DNA of 64,000 nucleotides from Candidatus Omnitrophota bacterium (lineage in GTDB: Bacteria > Omnitrophota > Gorgyraeia > B26-G9): NCBI GenBank assembly GCA_018817165.1, contig JAHITY010000101.1:278-64277 (forward strand), written 5' to 3'. This document shows positions 29,699 through 39,827 of the stretch, piece after piece. Below the pieces are notes generated by a model. It had not been told where the DNA came from and searched no databases. It saw only the letters and a list, made by a program, of their open reading frames with translations. The stretch's first letter is position 1, and each line of letters starts with the position of its first letter. The translations under genes and the position numbers were made by a program.

Positions 29699-31369
29699 AT
29701 GAAAAAGACAGGTGCGGAGATTATTGTTGAGTCACTATTAAAAGAAGGAGTACGGGTTTTATTTGGTTATCCTGGTGGTTCGGTTTTGCCGCTTACTGAC
29801 GCGCTGTACGATGCTCCCATTGATTTTATTCTGGTTCGTCATGAACAGGCCGCGGCACATGCTGCTGATGGCTATGCCCGGGCAACCGGCAAGGTCGGGG
29901 TTTGCATGGCAACATCTGGTCCAGGGGCAACTAATTTAGTAACTGGTTTGGCAACAGCGCATATGGATTCTATTCCCATGGTTGCGATTACCGGACAGGT
30001 AAACAGTGCTTTGATTGGTAATGATGCTTTTCAGGAAGCGGATGTTACTGGAATAACAAGATCGATTACAAAACACAATTATCTGGTTAAGGATATATCT
30101 GAACTGGCCAGTACTATAAAAGAAGCTTTTTATATTGCCGCGACTGGCAGGCCGGGCCCGGTTGTTGTTGATGTTCCGGTGGATATTCAAAAACAGAGCA
30201 TGGAATTTCATTATCCGGAAACAATTAAAATGCGTTCTTATAATCCGGAAATTGCCGTGCCGATGGAGCAGATTAAAAAGGCAGCCAAGCTGATTGAAAA
30301 AAGCAAAAGACCAGTTGTTTATGCCGGCGGCGGAATTATAATTTCCCAAGCGCATGATCAGCTGTTGGAATTCGCGGTAAAGATCAATGCGCCGGTAACC
30401 ACGACTTTAATGGGTTTGGGCGGCTTTCCGGAAACCAATGAACTGGCTTTGGGAATGCTCGGGATGCATGGAACAGCATACGCAAATCATGCGATAATGG
30501 AAAGTGATTTGATTATCGCTGTGGGCGCGCGGTTTGATGATCGGGTAACCGGTCGGATTGATAAGTTTGCCCCGGATGCAAAAGTAATTCATCTGGATAT
30601 TGACCCCACCGCGATCAGCAAAAATATTCGGGTAGATATTCCGGTTATTTGCGATGCAAAGCAGGGTTTGCAGGCTTTGAATAAAATTGTAAAAAGATTA
30701 CAAACAGATGCTTGGCTTAAAAAAATTCATGGCTGGAAAACAAAAGCGCCTTTGCAGTATAAAGTAGCTGGTCAAAAAATCAGACCACAGTATGTTGTCG
30801 AGCAGATTTATAAGATAACTAAAGGTGAGGCGATTATTTGTACTGAAGTTGGCCAGAATCAGATGTGGGCAGCGCAGTATTATAAATATACGAGGCCGCG
30901 CACCTGGATTTCATCCGGTGGGCTGGGGACAATGGGCTATGGTTTTCCGGCGGCGATTGGCGCGAAATTGGGCAGGCCGGATAAAATAGTTTTTGATATC
31001 GCGGGAGATGGTTCGATTCAAATGAATATCCAAGAACTGGCGACTGCTGTAGCGAACAAGGTAAATGTTAAAGTGGCGATATTGAATAATGGATATTTGG
31101 GAATGGTCAGACAATGGCAAGAGCTGTTCTATAATCGCCGATACGCGAATACGCCAATCACTGGTCCGGATTTTGTGAAATTAGCGGAAAGTTATGGCGC
31201 TGCCGGGATTAGAGTTAACAAAAAAGCGGATGTTGCCGCGGCAATTAAGCAGGCAATTGCTATTCCCAATGTCGTTTTTCTTGATTTTGTAGTTGAACCA
31301 GAAGAAAATGTTTTTCCGATGGTTCCTGCGGGTGAGGCGATAGACCGGATGATCGGAGGAATGGCTTAA
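29699..31369 (+). CDS. ilvB: acetolactate synthase large subunit
   Basis: ThDP enzyme; GYPGGSVLPL…, GIDPTAISKN… and GSIQMNIQELAT. Confidence 0.95.
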   Translation: MKKTGAEIIVESLLKEGVRVLFGYPGGSVLPLTDALYDAPIDFILVRHEQAAAHAADGYARATGKVGVCMATSGPGATNLVTGLATAHMDSIPMVAITGQVNSALIGNDAFQEADVTGITRSITKHNYLVKDISELASTIKEAFYIAATGRPGPVVVDVPVDIQKQSMEFHYPETIKMRSYNPEIAVPMEQIKKAAKLIEKSKRPVVYAGGGIIISQAHDQLLEFAVKINAPVTTTLMGLGGFPETNELALGMLGMHGTAYANHAIMESDLIIAVGARFDDRVTGRIDKFAPDAKVIHLDIDPTAISKNIRVDIPVICDAKQGLQALNKIVKRLQTDAWLKKIHGWKTKAPLQYKVAGQKIRPQYVVEQIYKITKGEAIICTEVGQNQMWAAQYYKYTRPRTWISSGGLGTMGYGFPAAIGAKLGRPDKIVFDIAGDGSIQMNIQELATAVANKVNVKVAILNNGYLGMVRQWQELFYNRRYANTPITGPDFVKLAESYGAAGIRVNKKADVAAAIKQAIAIPNVVFLDFVVEPEENVFPMVPAGEAIDRMIGGMA

Positions 31370-31374
31370 AAGCG

Positions 31375-31583
31375 GTATTGAGTATCGAGTATTGAGTATT
31401 GAGAAAAAACATGAAACAGAAAAAGCGGTAAAAGGTTTGACGGTTACGAAGCCCGTATCGGTAATGTTAACGGTCACGGTTTAAAATAATAAATTTTAAG
31501 CCGATAGACTTTGCCCTAAAACGAAACGGGCATCGTAACCTTAAACGTAACCTTTGTCTTTTAAATAATAGGGAGTTAAAAAC
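31375..31583. repeat. GTATYGM heptamer tandem array (x4) followed by an about 180-nt region with long-range inverted repeats (GGTTACGAAGCCCGT … ACGGGCATCGTAACC)
   Basis: direct reading; occupies the unusual 214-bp gap between ilvB and ilvN. Confidence 0.6.
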
Positions 31584-32057
31584 ATGAAACATATAATTTA
31601 TGCTTTGGTAGAAAATAAGCCCGGAGTTCTGGCGCGAATGTCCAGTTTGTTTAGTGCGCGCGGTTTTAATATTGATTCATTGGCTGTGGGCGAAACGCAT
31701 GATCCGACAATGTCGAGAGTTAGCTTGGTAGTTGATGCTAAAGAAGAAAAAATCTTGGATCAAATTAAAAAACAGCTGGAGAAACTTGTCGATGTAATAT
31801 CAGTAACTGATCTGACAAAAAAGAAATTTTTTGAAAGAGAATTAATTTTAGTTAAAGTTAAAACCGCTAAAACATCTAAGCTGAAATTAGTAAGTTTAGT
31901 TAAGAAATTTTCAGCGACTATTTTATCTTATGATGCAAAGCTTGCGGTAATCGAAGCTGTTGTTGAGAAAAAACAATTGATTGATTTGCTTGATTGCTTA
32001 GCGCCCCTGGGGATTGAAGAACTGGTGAGAACTGGTAGGATTGCCATAGCGCAGTAA
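31584..32057 (+). CDS. ilvN: acetolactate synthase small (regulatory) subunit
   Basis: ACT domain (IIYALVENKPGVLARMSSLFSARGFNIDSL). Confidence 0.9.
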   Translation: MKHIIYALVENKPGVLARMSSLFSARGFNIDSLAVGETHDPTMSRVSLVVDAKEEKILDQIKKQLEKLVDVISVTDLTKKKFFERELILVKVKTAKTSKLKLVSLVKKFSATILSYDAKLAVIEAVVEKKQLIDLLDCLAPLGIEELVRTGRIAIAQ

Positions 32058-32098
32058 TATGTTTTAAATAACCGGTTTATCGGGAAACGGAGTGAATT

Positions 32099-33175
32099 AT
32101 GCTGACAATGGATTTCTTGCTCAAGCTGATTGTTGATAGAGGCGCCTCGGATTTACATCTTACAGTAGGGATTCCGCCGCAGTTGCGGATTGGCGGGCAA
32201 TTAACTTATACGACCAGTGAGCCGGTAGATCCAGAAACACTAAAAACATTGGCATATAGCCTTTTGACCAGTGATCAGATAGCATGGTTTGAACAAAGAA
32301 AAGAACTTGATTTTTCCTGCGGTTTGGAGGGAGTCAGTCGTTTTAGAATAAACTTATATTATCAGCGCGGATCGATTGCCATGGCCGCAAGGGTTATTCC
32401 GTTTATTATTCCGACAATTGAACAGTTGGGATTACCGGAGATAGTTAAAGAATACGCGGATAAACCAAATGGATTAGTTCTGCTTACTGGGGCAACTGGT
32501 AGTGGTAAATCAACTACTCAGGCAGCGATCATTGATTATATTAATAAGCGCAGAAGAGCGCATATAATTTCTGTGGAAGATCCGATTGAGTATTTGCACA
32601 AGCATCAGCTTTGTACAATTAATCAACGCCAGCTGGGTACAGATACTCTTTCTTTTGCTGAAGCATTAAAGCATGTATTGCGTCAGGATCCGGATATTGT
32701 AGTTATTGGCGAAATGCGGGATCTTGAGACAATTCAGGCAGCTTTGACTCTAGCGGAAACCGGGCATTTAGTTTTTGCCACATTGCATACCAGCAGTGCG
32801 GTTAATTCAATTACCCGAATAGTCGATGTGTTTCCAGCGCATCAGCAGCAGCAAATACGGGTGCAGCTTTCATTGGTATTAGTCGGAGTTTTAGTTCAGA
32901 GATTAATTCCTAATGCTCAAGGAGAAGGCAGGTCCTTAGCAATGGAGATTATGACTATGATTTCGGGAATCCAGAACCTGATCAGAGAAAATCAAGTACA
33001 TCAGATCTATTCACTGATTCAAACCGGACGACGTTTCGGGATGAGAACAATGAATCAGGCATTGTGTGATTTAGTATTAAGCAATAAGATAACTTTTGGC
33101 GAGGCTTTAAAACAAACAGCAGATGAGCAAGAATTAAATTCATTAGTTCAGAAGCAAAACAATAAAAACAAGTAA
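32099..33175 (+). CDS. pilT: type IV pilus retraction ATPase PilT
   Basis: Walker A (GATGSGKST), AIRNLIRE-type region, His box; 358 aa. Confidence 0.9.
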   Translation: MLTMDFLLKLIVDRGASDLHLTVGIPPQLRIGGQLTYTTSEPVDPETLKTLAYSLLTSDQIAWFEQRKELDFSCGLEGVSRFRINLYYQRGSIAMAARVIPFIIPTIEQLGLPEIVKEYADKPNGLVLLTGATGSGKSTTQAAIIDYINKRRRAHIISVEDPIEYLHKHQLCTINQRQLGTDTLSFAEALKHVLRQDPDIVVIGEMRDLETIQAALTLAETGHLVFATLHTSSAVNSITRIVDVFPAHQQQQIRVQLSLVLVGVLVQRLIPNAQGEGRSLAMEIMTMISGIQNLIRENQVHQIYSLIQTGRRFGMRTMNQALCDLVLSNKITFGEALKQTADEQELNSLVQKQNNKNK

Positions 33176-33190
33176 GAAAGGAAGATTATT

Positions 33191-34192
33191 ATGGCAAAGA
33201 TGTATTATGATAATGACGCGGATTTAAAATTACTCGATGGAAAAATAATTGGAATTATTGGTTATGGCAGTCAGGGGCATGCTCAGGCGCAGAATTTAAG
33301 AGATTCTGGATTAACCGTTATTGTCTCAGAAATGCCGGGAAATAAAAATTTTGACTTGGCTAAGTCACATGGTTTTCAACCAATGACCGCGGCTGAGCTT
33401 ACTAAAAAAGCGGATATTATTCAAATTTTAGTTCCTGATGAATACCAGGGCGAGCTTTATGAAAAAGAAATCAAGCCAAGCTTAACAGCAGGCAAAGCAA
33501 TTATGTTCTCGCATGGTTTTAATATTCATTTTAAACATATTGTTCCGAATAAAGATATTGATGTGTTTATGATCGCGCCAAAAGGCCCTGGCCATTTAGT
33601 ACGTAGTGAATATGAAAAAGGCGGCGGAGTTCCCTGCTTAATAGCTGTGTTTCAGAATGCAACGGGCAAGGCAAAAGAAATTGCTTTAGCTTATGGTAAA
33701 GGTGTTGGCGGAACACGCGGCGGGATTATTGAAACAACTTTTGAAGAAGAAACAGAAACAGATTTATTCGGTGAGCAGGTTGTTTTATGCGGTGGAGCAT
33801 CAGAGCTGGTTAAGAAAGGTTTTGAAACTCTAATTGAAGCGGGATATCAGCCGGAGATTGCTTATTTCGAATGTTTGCATGAGCTTAAATTAATTGTCGA
33901 TCTTTTTTATCAGGGCGGAATTGATTATATGCGCTATTCTGTTTCTAATACCGCGGAGTACGGTGATTTGACTCGCGGTAAGAGGATTGTTAATGATAAG
34001 ACAAAAGAAGAGATGAAAAAGATCCTTACGGAAATCCAAGATGGTACTTTTGCCAAAGAATGGATCAATGAATGTAAAACAGGCAAAAAGAACTTTAAGC
34101 GGATGGAAGAAGAAGAAAAAAACCATCCGATTGAAGTTGTCGGACGTAAACTAAGAAAAATGATGAAATGGATAGATTCTAAAGAAGTATAA
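33191..34192 (+). CDS. ilvC: ketol-acid reductoisomerase
   Basis: [13 protein letters not shown]… Rossmann and KARI knotted domain. Confidence 0.95.
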   Translation: MAKMYYDNDADLKLLDGKIIGIIGYGSQGHAQAQNLRDSGLTVIVSEMPGNKNFDLAKSHGFQPMTAAELTKKADIIQILVPDEYQGELYEKEIKPSLTAGKAIMFSHGFNIHFKHIVPNKDIDVFMIAPKGPGHLVRSEYEKGGGVPCLIAVFQNATGKAKEIALAYGKGVGGTRGGIIETTFEEETETDLFGEQVVLCGGASELVKKGFETLIEAGYQPEIAYFECLHELKLIVDLFYQGGIDYMRYSVSNTAEYGDLTRGKRIVNDKTKEEMKKILTEIQDGTFAKEWINECKTGKKNFKRMEEEEKNHPIEVVGRKLRKMMKWIDSKEV

Positions 34193-34296
34193 AACACTTT
34201 CCAAGGAAGTATAAAACACTTGCGAAAAAAGGCTAATCTGACCTTTCCATAATCAGGGATTGTGGAAATTAGAATATATGGATGTGGAGAAAGAAA

Positions 34297-35832
34297 ATGG
34301 AAAAGAAAATAAAGATATTTGATACCACATTAAGAGATGGCGAACAAGCTCCGGGGGCGAGTCTGAGTGATCAGGAAAAACTGGAAGTCGCGCGTCAGCT
34401 TGTCCGTTTAGGTGTTGATATTATTGAAGCCGGTTTTCCGATTTCCTCTCCGGGTGATTTTGATAGTGTGCAGCAGATCGCCCGGCAGGTTAAAGGCGCG
34501 ATTATTTGCGGCTTAGCAAGATCATTAAATAAAGATATTGAAGCAGCCGCGCAGGCGCTTAAGCCGGCTAAAAGAAAACGGATTCATGTTTTTTTGGCTA
34601 CTTCAAAAATCCATATGAAGTACAAATTAAAAAAAGCGGAAAGTGAAATTCTAAAGATAGCGGAAGCCGCGGTTAAATACGCCGGTAAATTTACTGATGA
34701 TATTCAGTTTTCACCGGAAGATGCTTCACGAACCGAAAAAGATTTCCTTTTTCGAGTGATTGAAAAAGTTATTAAAGCCGGAGCAACTACAGTGAATATT
34801 CCGGATACAGTTGGTTTTGCCCAGCCTGATGAATTTGGTCAGCTGATTCATGATATTTGTAATAAAGTGCCGAATATAAACAAAGCGATTATCGCGGTAC
34901 ATTGTCATAATGATCTGGGTTTGGCTGTGGCTAATTCCTTGGCAGCGATTAAAAATGGCGCGGGACAGATTGAATGTACGATTAATGGCATAGGCGAGCG
35001 CGCGGGTAATGCGGCTTTGGAAGAAATTGTGCTTAGCTTGATTACCCGGAAAGATCATTTTAAAAACATGTATTGTGGCATTAAAACAAAAGAGATTTAT
35101 AAAACTAGTAGATTGGTCAGTAAGCTGACGGGTTTTTTGGTTGCTCCGAATAAGGCAATTGTCGGCGGTAATGCTTTTCGCCATGAATCCGGGATTCATC
35201 AGGACGGCGTACTGAAAAAACGCCAGACTTATGAAATTATCAGTCCGGAAACCGTGGGATTTTACGGTGAAGGCTTGGTGATGGGCAAACATTCAGGCCG
35301 ACATGCTTTGTCTGATCGGCTGGAGCGGCTTGGGTTTAAACTGAATAAAAAACAGCTGGATATTGCGTTTAGCCGGTTTAAAGATCTGGCGGATAAGAAA
35401 AAAGAAGTATTTGAAGAAGATCTTATCGCGATTGTCGAAGAGCAGTCTAAAGAAATGGAACAGGTCTGGAGTCTGGAAGCTTTGGAATTTTTTGGCGGAA
35501 TAAATGTTCAGCCTAAAGCAACAGTTAAGCTGAAAAATAAGAAAATGGTTTTTAGCGCCACTTCCGATGGCGATGGCCCGGTTGATGCTTGTTATAAAGC
35601 AATTGAAAAAATTATAAAGCTTAAAGCTGTATTGCTTGATTATTCAATTCAGGCAGTTACGCGGGGAAAAGATGCTTTAGGGGAAGTTAATGTAAAGCTC
35701 TTGATCAATAAGGAAGAAATTTCCGGCAGAGGCGCAAGCACAGATATTATTGAGGCATCAGCCAAGGCATATCTTAATGCGGTCAATCGGGTTTTATTTA
35801 AAAAAGAAAAGTCTAAAAAAATAAAATTGTAA
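34297..35832 (+). CDS. leuA: 2-isopropylmalate synthase (or citramalate synthase) with LeuA-dimer regulatory domain
   Basis: [11 protein letters not shown]…, [12 protein letters not shown]; start set at MEKK… after a GGAGAAAG RBS. Confidence 0.85.
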   Translation: MEKKIKIFDTTLRDGEQAPGASLSDQEKLEVARQLVRLGVDIIEAGFPISSPGDFDSVQQIARQVKGAIICGLARSLNKDIEAAAQALKPAKRKRIHVFLATSKIHMKYKLKKAESEILKIAEAAVKYAGKFTDDIQFSPEDASRTEKDFLFRVIEKVIKAGATTVNIPDTVGFAQPDEFGQLIHDICNKVPNINKAIIAVHCHNDLGLAVANSLAAIKNGAGQIECTINGIGERAGNAALEEIVLSLITRKDHFKNMYCGIKTKEIYKTSRLVSKLTGFLVAPNKAIVGGNAFRHESGIHQDGVLKKRQTYEIISPETVGFYGEGLVMGKHSGRHALSDRLERLGFKLNKKQLDIAFSRFKDLADKKKEVFEEDLIAIVEEQSKEMEQVWSLEALEFFGGINVQPKATVKLKNKKMVFSATSDGDGPVDACYKAIEKIIKLKAVLLDYSIQAVTRGKDALGEVNVKLLINKEEISGRGASTDIIEASAKAYLNAVNRVLFKKEKSKKIKL

Positions 35833-35926
35833 TGATTAACAGCGTGTGGGACTAAGGTAAAATATATCTTTTCATTTATCCTGAGCTTGTCGAAGGGCTA
35901 AGCCCAAGTTTAGTAAGTGAGGCATG

Positions 35927-36036
35927 AATAATAAGGATTCCGAAAATATCTGCTAGGCCGCAGCTATTTCGGACTAAATTCGAGCAGGCTGACTTGACGT
36001 CGTGAAAAACACTCCGTAAGTCAGGCTCTCATTTAA
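35927..36036. repeat. third copy of the about 105-bp dispersed repeat
   Basis: near-identical to copy 2 at 10808-10918. Confidence 0.85.
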
Positions 36037-36263
36037 AGCGCCGCTAAAAGAGAAATTTTGACCTAAATAGTTTGTAAAGCCACAAGGATGCAAAGTTAAG
36101 AGGGCTAGAATAATCATTTTAGCGGGTTTGAAGCCTGATTTTGATAGGACTGTCAAAATCAGAGATTCATCCTCGGAGCCTTACAGGAAGTAAGGCGAGA
36201 ATGAGCAGAAATGATTGATTCTAGACCGCCATTGACTTGCTGGCTACAAGACAGGGATTCAGC

Positions 36264-37157
36264 ATGATAAGTAAACAGAAAGTTTATGGTCTTATCGGTT
36301 ATCCGGTAAAGCACAGTTTTTCAGCGGCAATGCATAATGCCGCTTTTTCTCATTTAGGGATAAATGCTTTGTATACTTTATTTGAGATAAAGCCTGATGA
36401 TTTGGAAGCTTTTTTGCTGGAAAGAACTGATCTGGCTGGGTTTAATATTACAATTCCGCATAAAGTTTATGCGAAAAAAATTCTAGAAACAAAATTTAAG
36501 GGTAGTAATCCCGGAGCTGATCAATACAGCGAACTTGTCGGAGCAATTAATACCGTTGGTCGTATAGATGATGGAAAAGTTTGGTGGGCAAACACAGATG
36601 CTCCGGGTTTTGTAAAATCATTAAAGATGGATTTAGGATTTGCAAAAACAAAAAATAAAGACGCATTGGTTTTGGGCTGCGGCGGAGCCGGTAGGGCTGT
36701 TATTGCTGGGTTAAGCTCAGAAGATAATGGTTTGGTCAGAGATATATATGTTAGTGAAATTAATAAGGATAATGTTACTGCTGTAAAAAAACAGTTTGAA
36801 TGTTTTTCAAAGGTTACTGATAAATTAAAATTTATTCAGAAAGAAGAAATCGCGGAAAAAATAAAGGATTGCTCTTTACTTGTGAATACAACTCCCATTG
36901 GCATGAAAGATGACAATATCAGTTTGATTGATAAAGAGCTTTTACATAATAATTTAATGGTTTATGATGTTGTGTATAATCGAGAAACTAAGCTGATAAA
37001 AGATGCAAAAGCGCAAGGATTGAAAGCTATCGGTGGTTTAGGCATGCTTTTATACCAAGGAGTACTTGGTTTTAATTATTGGGCAGGCAAAGATATTGCT
37101 CCTGTGGATATAATGCGACAGGCTTTAGAAGGAGAACTGGAAAAATGCCGGATTTGA
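36264..37157 (+). CDS. aroE: shikimate dehydrogenase
   Basis: VYGLIGYPVKHSFSAAMHN… and NITIPHK motifs. Confidence 0.85.
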   Translation: MISKQKVYGLIGYPVKHSFSAAMHNAAFSHLGINALYTLFEIKPDDLEAFLLERTDLAGFNITIPHKVYAKKILETKFKGSNPGADQYSELVGAINTVGRIDDGKVWWANTDAPGFVKSLKMDLGFAKTKNKDALVLGCGGAGRAVIAGLSSEDNGLVRDIYVSEINKDNVTAVKKQFECFSKVTDKLKFIQKEEIAEKIKDCSLLVNTTPIGMKDDNISLIDKELLHNNLMVYDVVYNRETKLIKDAKAQGLKAIGGLGMLLYQGVLGFNYWAGKDIAPVDIMRQALEGELEKCRI

Positions 37158-38155
37158 TTATAAAAAGTATGGTTGTTCTTTTTGGTTGTTTGATCGGTAG
37201 TTTTCTTAATGTTTGTATCTATCGCATGCCGCGTTCTGGGAAAGTCGCGCCTGAAGATTTTTTGAAAATATCCGGGAGTAAGGAGCATTCAGATAAACTT
37301 TGGGAAGATTTGATAAGCAGCGGATATATTGATGAAGATGGTTATGTTGAGAAAAAATTTAAAAAGCTTAGAAAAAAAAACCAGCTGGCGAAATTCGAAT
37401 TAGCCGGTGCCTACGCGAAAAGCAAAAAACAAATTTTTAGAATTCTCGATAAATCCTGTGAATTATCAATAGATAAACCCAAACGTTCTTTTTGTCCGAA
37501 TTGTCAAAAACAAGTTCTTTGGTATGATAATATCCCGCTTTTAAGCTATTTAGCCTTAGGCGGAAAATGTCGTTTTTGCAAAAAGCCGATTCCTTTTCGC
37601 TATTTCTTTGTAGAGTTTCTTACGGCCAGTCTTTTATTGGTAGTCTATAGTTTTTTTGGCTTGTCAGTGCAATTTTTTACTTATGGAGTTTTGACTTGTG
37701 CCTTGATTGTCTCGACATTTATTGATTTCGATTTTTTTATTATTCCTGATGAAATAACTTTGGGCGGCTTAATTGTCGGGATAGTTTTGTCAGGAATTTT
37801 TCCGCAACTTCATGGCGCATCCTCTTGGCTTGACTCATTGATTAAATCCGGCTTGGGTATTTTGGCTGGCGGCGGAAGTATTTATCTGATCGGGCAGTTT
37901 GGTGAAATTATTTTTAAAAAAGAAAGTATGGGCGGAGGAGATGTGGAATTTCTCGCCATGATCGGATCAGTTTTGGGGTGGCAGATGGCTTTGCTGATAT
38001 TTTTTCTCGCTCCTTTTTTTGGAGCGGGTGTGGGAATCTTTGCTAGGCTTACCAAGGGTGCTGAAATAATCCCTTATGGTCCGTATCTTTCATTAGCTAC
38101 ATTTATCGTTATTTTATGGGGAAATAATATTCTGAAATTTTTATTCTATTTTTAA
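37145..38155 (+). CDS. pilD: prepilin peptidase (A24 family, PilD-like) with an about 75-aa insertion in the N-terminal cytoplasmic domain
   Basis: FGCLIGSFLNVCIYRMP…, zinc tetracysteine CPNCQ…CRFC, and catalytic region DFDFFIIPDE…. Confidence 0.85.
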   Translation: MPDLIIKSMVVLFGCLIGSFLNVCIYRMPRSGKVAPEDFLKISGSKEHSDKLWEDLISSGYIDEDGYVEKKFKKLRKKNQLAKFELAGAYAKSKKQIFRILDKSCELSIDKPKRSFCPNCQKQVLWYDNIPLLSYLALGGKCRFCKKPIPFRYFFVEFLTASLLLVVYSFFGLSVQFFTYGVLTCALIVSTFIDFDFFIIPDEITLGGLIVGIVLSGIFPQLHGASSWLDSLIKSGLGILAGGGSIYLIGQFGEIIFKKESMGGGDVEFLAMIGSVLGWQMALLIFFLAPFFGAGVGIFARLTKGAEIIPYGPYLSLATFIVILWGNNILKFLFYF

Positions 38156-38164
38156 AAAAGTAGT

Positions 38165-38242
38165 GAGTATCGCGTATCGCGTATTGAGTGAAAAACAAAG
38201 GAAAAGAAAAACTAAACGCTAATCGCTTGACGCTATACGCTA
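38165..38242. repeat. GTATCGC/GTATTGA heptamer array plus downstream partial inverted copy
   Basis: gagtatcgcgtatcgcgtattgagtg … acgctaatcgcttgacgctatacgct. Confidence 0.6.
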
Positions 38243-38257
38243 AAAAAGGAGCAGGTT

Positions 38258-39283
38258 ATGTTACGGTTTATGAGTGCCGGAGAATCGCATGGGGAATGCA
38301 TGGTTGCTATTATTGAAGGTCTTCCCGCGGGTTTATATATTGATGAAAATATTATTAATCAGGATTTATTCCGCCGTCAACAGGGGTATGGCCGTGGCGG
38401 GAGAATGCAGATAGAAAGAGATACAGTTAAAATCATTACGGGTCTAAAAGCAAAAAAAACATTAGGCAGTCCGATTACTTTAATGATAAAAAATAAGGAT
38501 TTTAAAATAAATGAATTGCCGGCAATTACGCAGCCGCGGCCGGGGCATGCGGATTTAAGCGGCGCGATAAAGTATGGTTTTTCTGATATGCGTTGTGTTT
38601 TAGAGCGCGCTTCAGCGCGGGAAACAGTTGTTCGAGTTGCGGCCGGAGCAATTGCCAAGATATTTCTTAATGAATTTGGCGTGAAGTTTTCCAGCAAGGT
38701 GATAAGTGTTGGCGGAGAGAAAAACAGCAAAAAGATCAAAGATAAAATTGATTTTGCCAGAAATAAAAAAGATACTTTGGGGGGTATTTTTGAAGTTGAA
38801 ATAATAAATGTTCCGGCTGGTCTGGGCAGTTATGTGCATTATGACCGGAGGCTTGATGCCCGGCTTGCTTTAGCACTTATGTCTATTCCGGCTATTAAGG
38901 CGGTGGAATTTGGTATGGGGTTTGAGGCGGCGAATAAATTAGGGTCTCAAGTTCATGATCAGATAAGTTATTCCCCTAAAAAAGGTTTTTATCGGATGAC
39001 AAATAATGCGGGAGGGCTTGAGGGGGGGATGAGCAATGCTGAGACTATAATCGCTCGCTGCGGTATGAAACCGATCGCGACATTGGGAAATCCCTTAAAA
39101 ACCATTGATCTTAAAACTAAAAAACCAGTTAGAGCTTCTGTTCAGCGCTCTGATATATCCGCGGTTCAGGCCGCAGGGATTATTGGCGAAGCAATGAGTG
39201 CTTTGGTTATTGCTGATGCGTTTATGGAAAGATTCGGCAATGATCAGATGGGAAGAATTAAAAAAACATTTAAAATTAAATAG
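38258..39283 (+). CDS. aroC: chorismate synthase
   Basis: LRFMSAGESHG… and GRSSARETV… motifs. Confidence 0.9.
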   Translation: MLRFMSAGESHGECMVAIIEGLPAGLYIDENIINQDLFRRQQGYGRGGRMQIERDTVKIITGLKAKKTLGSPITLMIKNKDFKINELPAITQPRPGHADLSGAIKYGFSDMRCVLERASARETVVRVAAGAIAKIFLNEFGVKFSSKVISVGGEKNSKKIKDKIDFARNKKDTLGGIFEVEIINVPAGLGSYVHYDRRLDARLALALMSIPAIKAVEFGMGFEAANKLGSQVHDQISYSPKKGFYRMTNNAGGLEGGMSNAETIIARCGMKPIATLGNPLKTIDLKTKKPVRASVQRSDISAVQAAGIIGEAMSALVIADAFMERFGNDQMGRIKKTFKIK

Positions 39284-39293
39284 AAAATTAAAA

Positions 39294-39827
39294 ATGGAAC
39301 AAATTGTTAAGCAGGAAAAAGTAAGATTAATTATTGGGCTTATTGCTCGACAAGAATTTTTAAATATTGCCCATGATAGGTTATTAAAGGTTTTTGGAGG
39401 AATTGATTATAAAAGTGAAATTTTAGAGTTTGATTCTACGAGGTATTATGCTAACGAAATGGGCACAGGGCTTAAACGCCAATTTATAAGTTTTTCCAAC
39501 CTGATTTGCCCAGAAGAGCTTCCGAGTATAAAATTAAAAACCAATAAGATTGAAAGGGAGTTTTTTTCCAATCAGAATAATAGATTTGTAAATATTGATC
39601 CAGGATATCTTTCTCTGTCAAAATTGGTATTAGCAACCACAAAAGATCATCAGCATCGGATTTATTTGGATAAAGGGATTTTTGCTGAAGTCACTCTTCG
39701 TTATCGTGATAAGACTTTCCGCCCATGGCCGTGGACTTACGCGGATTATTGCAAGCCAGAATATATTAAAATTTTCAATTTTATCCGTAATCAATTGTTT
39801 ACTCAGAGGAATAAAACTTGTGCTTGA
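39294..39827 (+). CDS. hypothetical protein (possibly DUF4416-like)
   Basis: 177-aa ORF with good coding look; NIDPGYLSLSKLVLATTKDH motif; family assignment from memory only. Confidence 0.45.
   Translation: MEQIVKQEKVRLIIGLIARQEFLNIAHDRLLKVFGGIDYKSEILEFDSTRYYANEMGTGLKRQFISFSNLICPEELPSIKLKTNKIEREFFSNQNNRFVNIDPGYLSLSKLVLATTKDHQHRIYLDKGIFAEVTLRYRDKTFRPWPWTYADYCKPEYIKIFNFIRNQLFTQRNKTCA

Noticed and set aside
34726-35292. 188-aa minus-strand ORF
   Set aside because: Lies entirely within the well-supported leuA coding region. Translation has no recognisable motifs.
36037-36263. Possible tRNA or tmRNA in the ORF-free region upstream of aroE
   Set aside because: No cloverleaf with GTTC-type T-arm or conserved D-arm could be assembled by eye. 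Kept only as an unassigned structured region in the findings.
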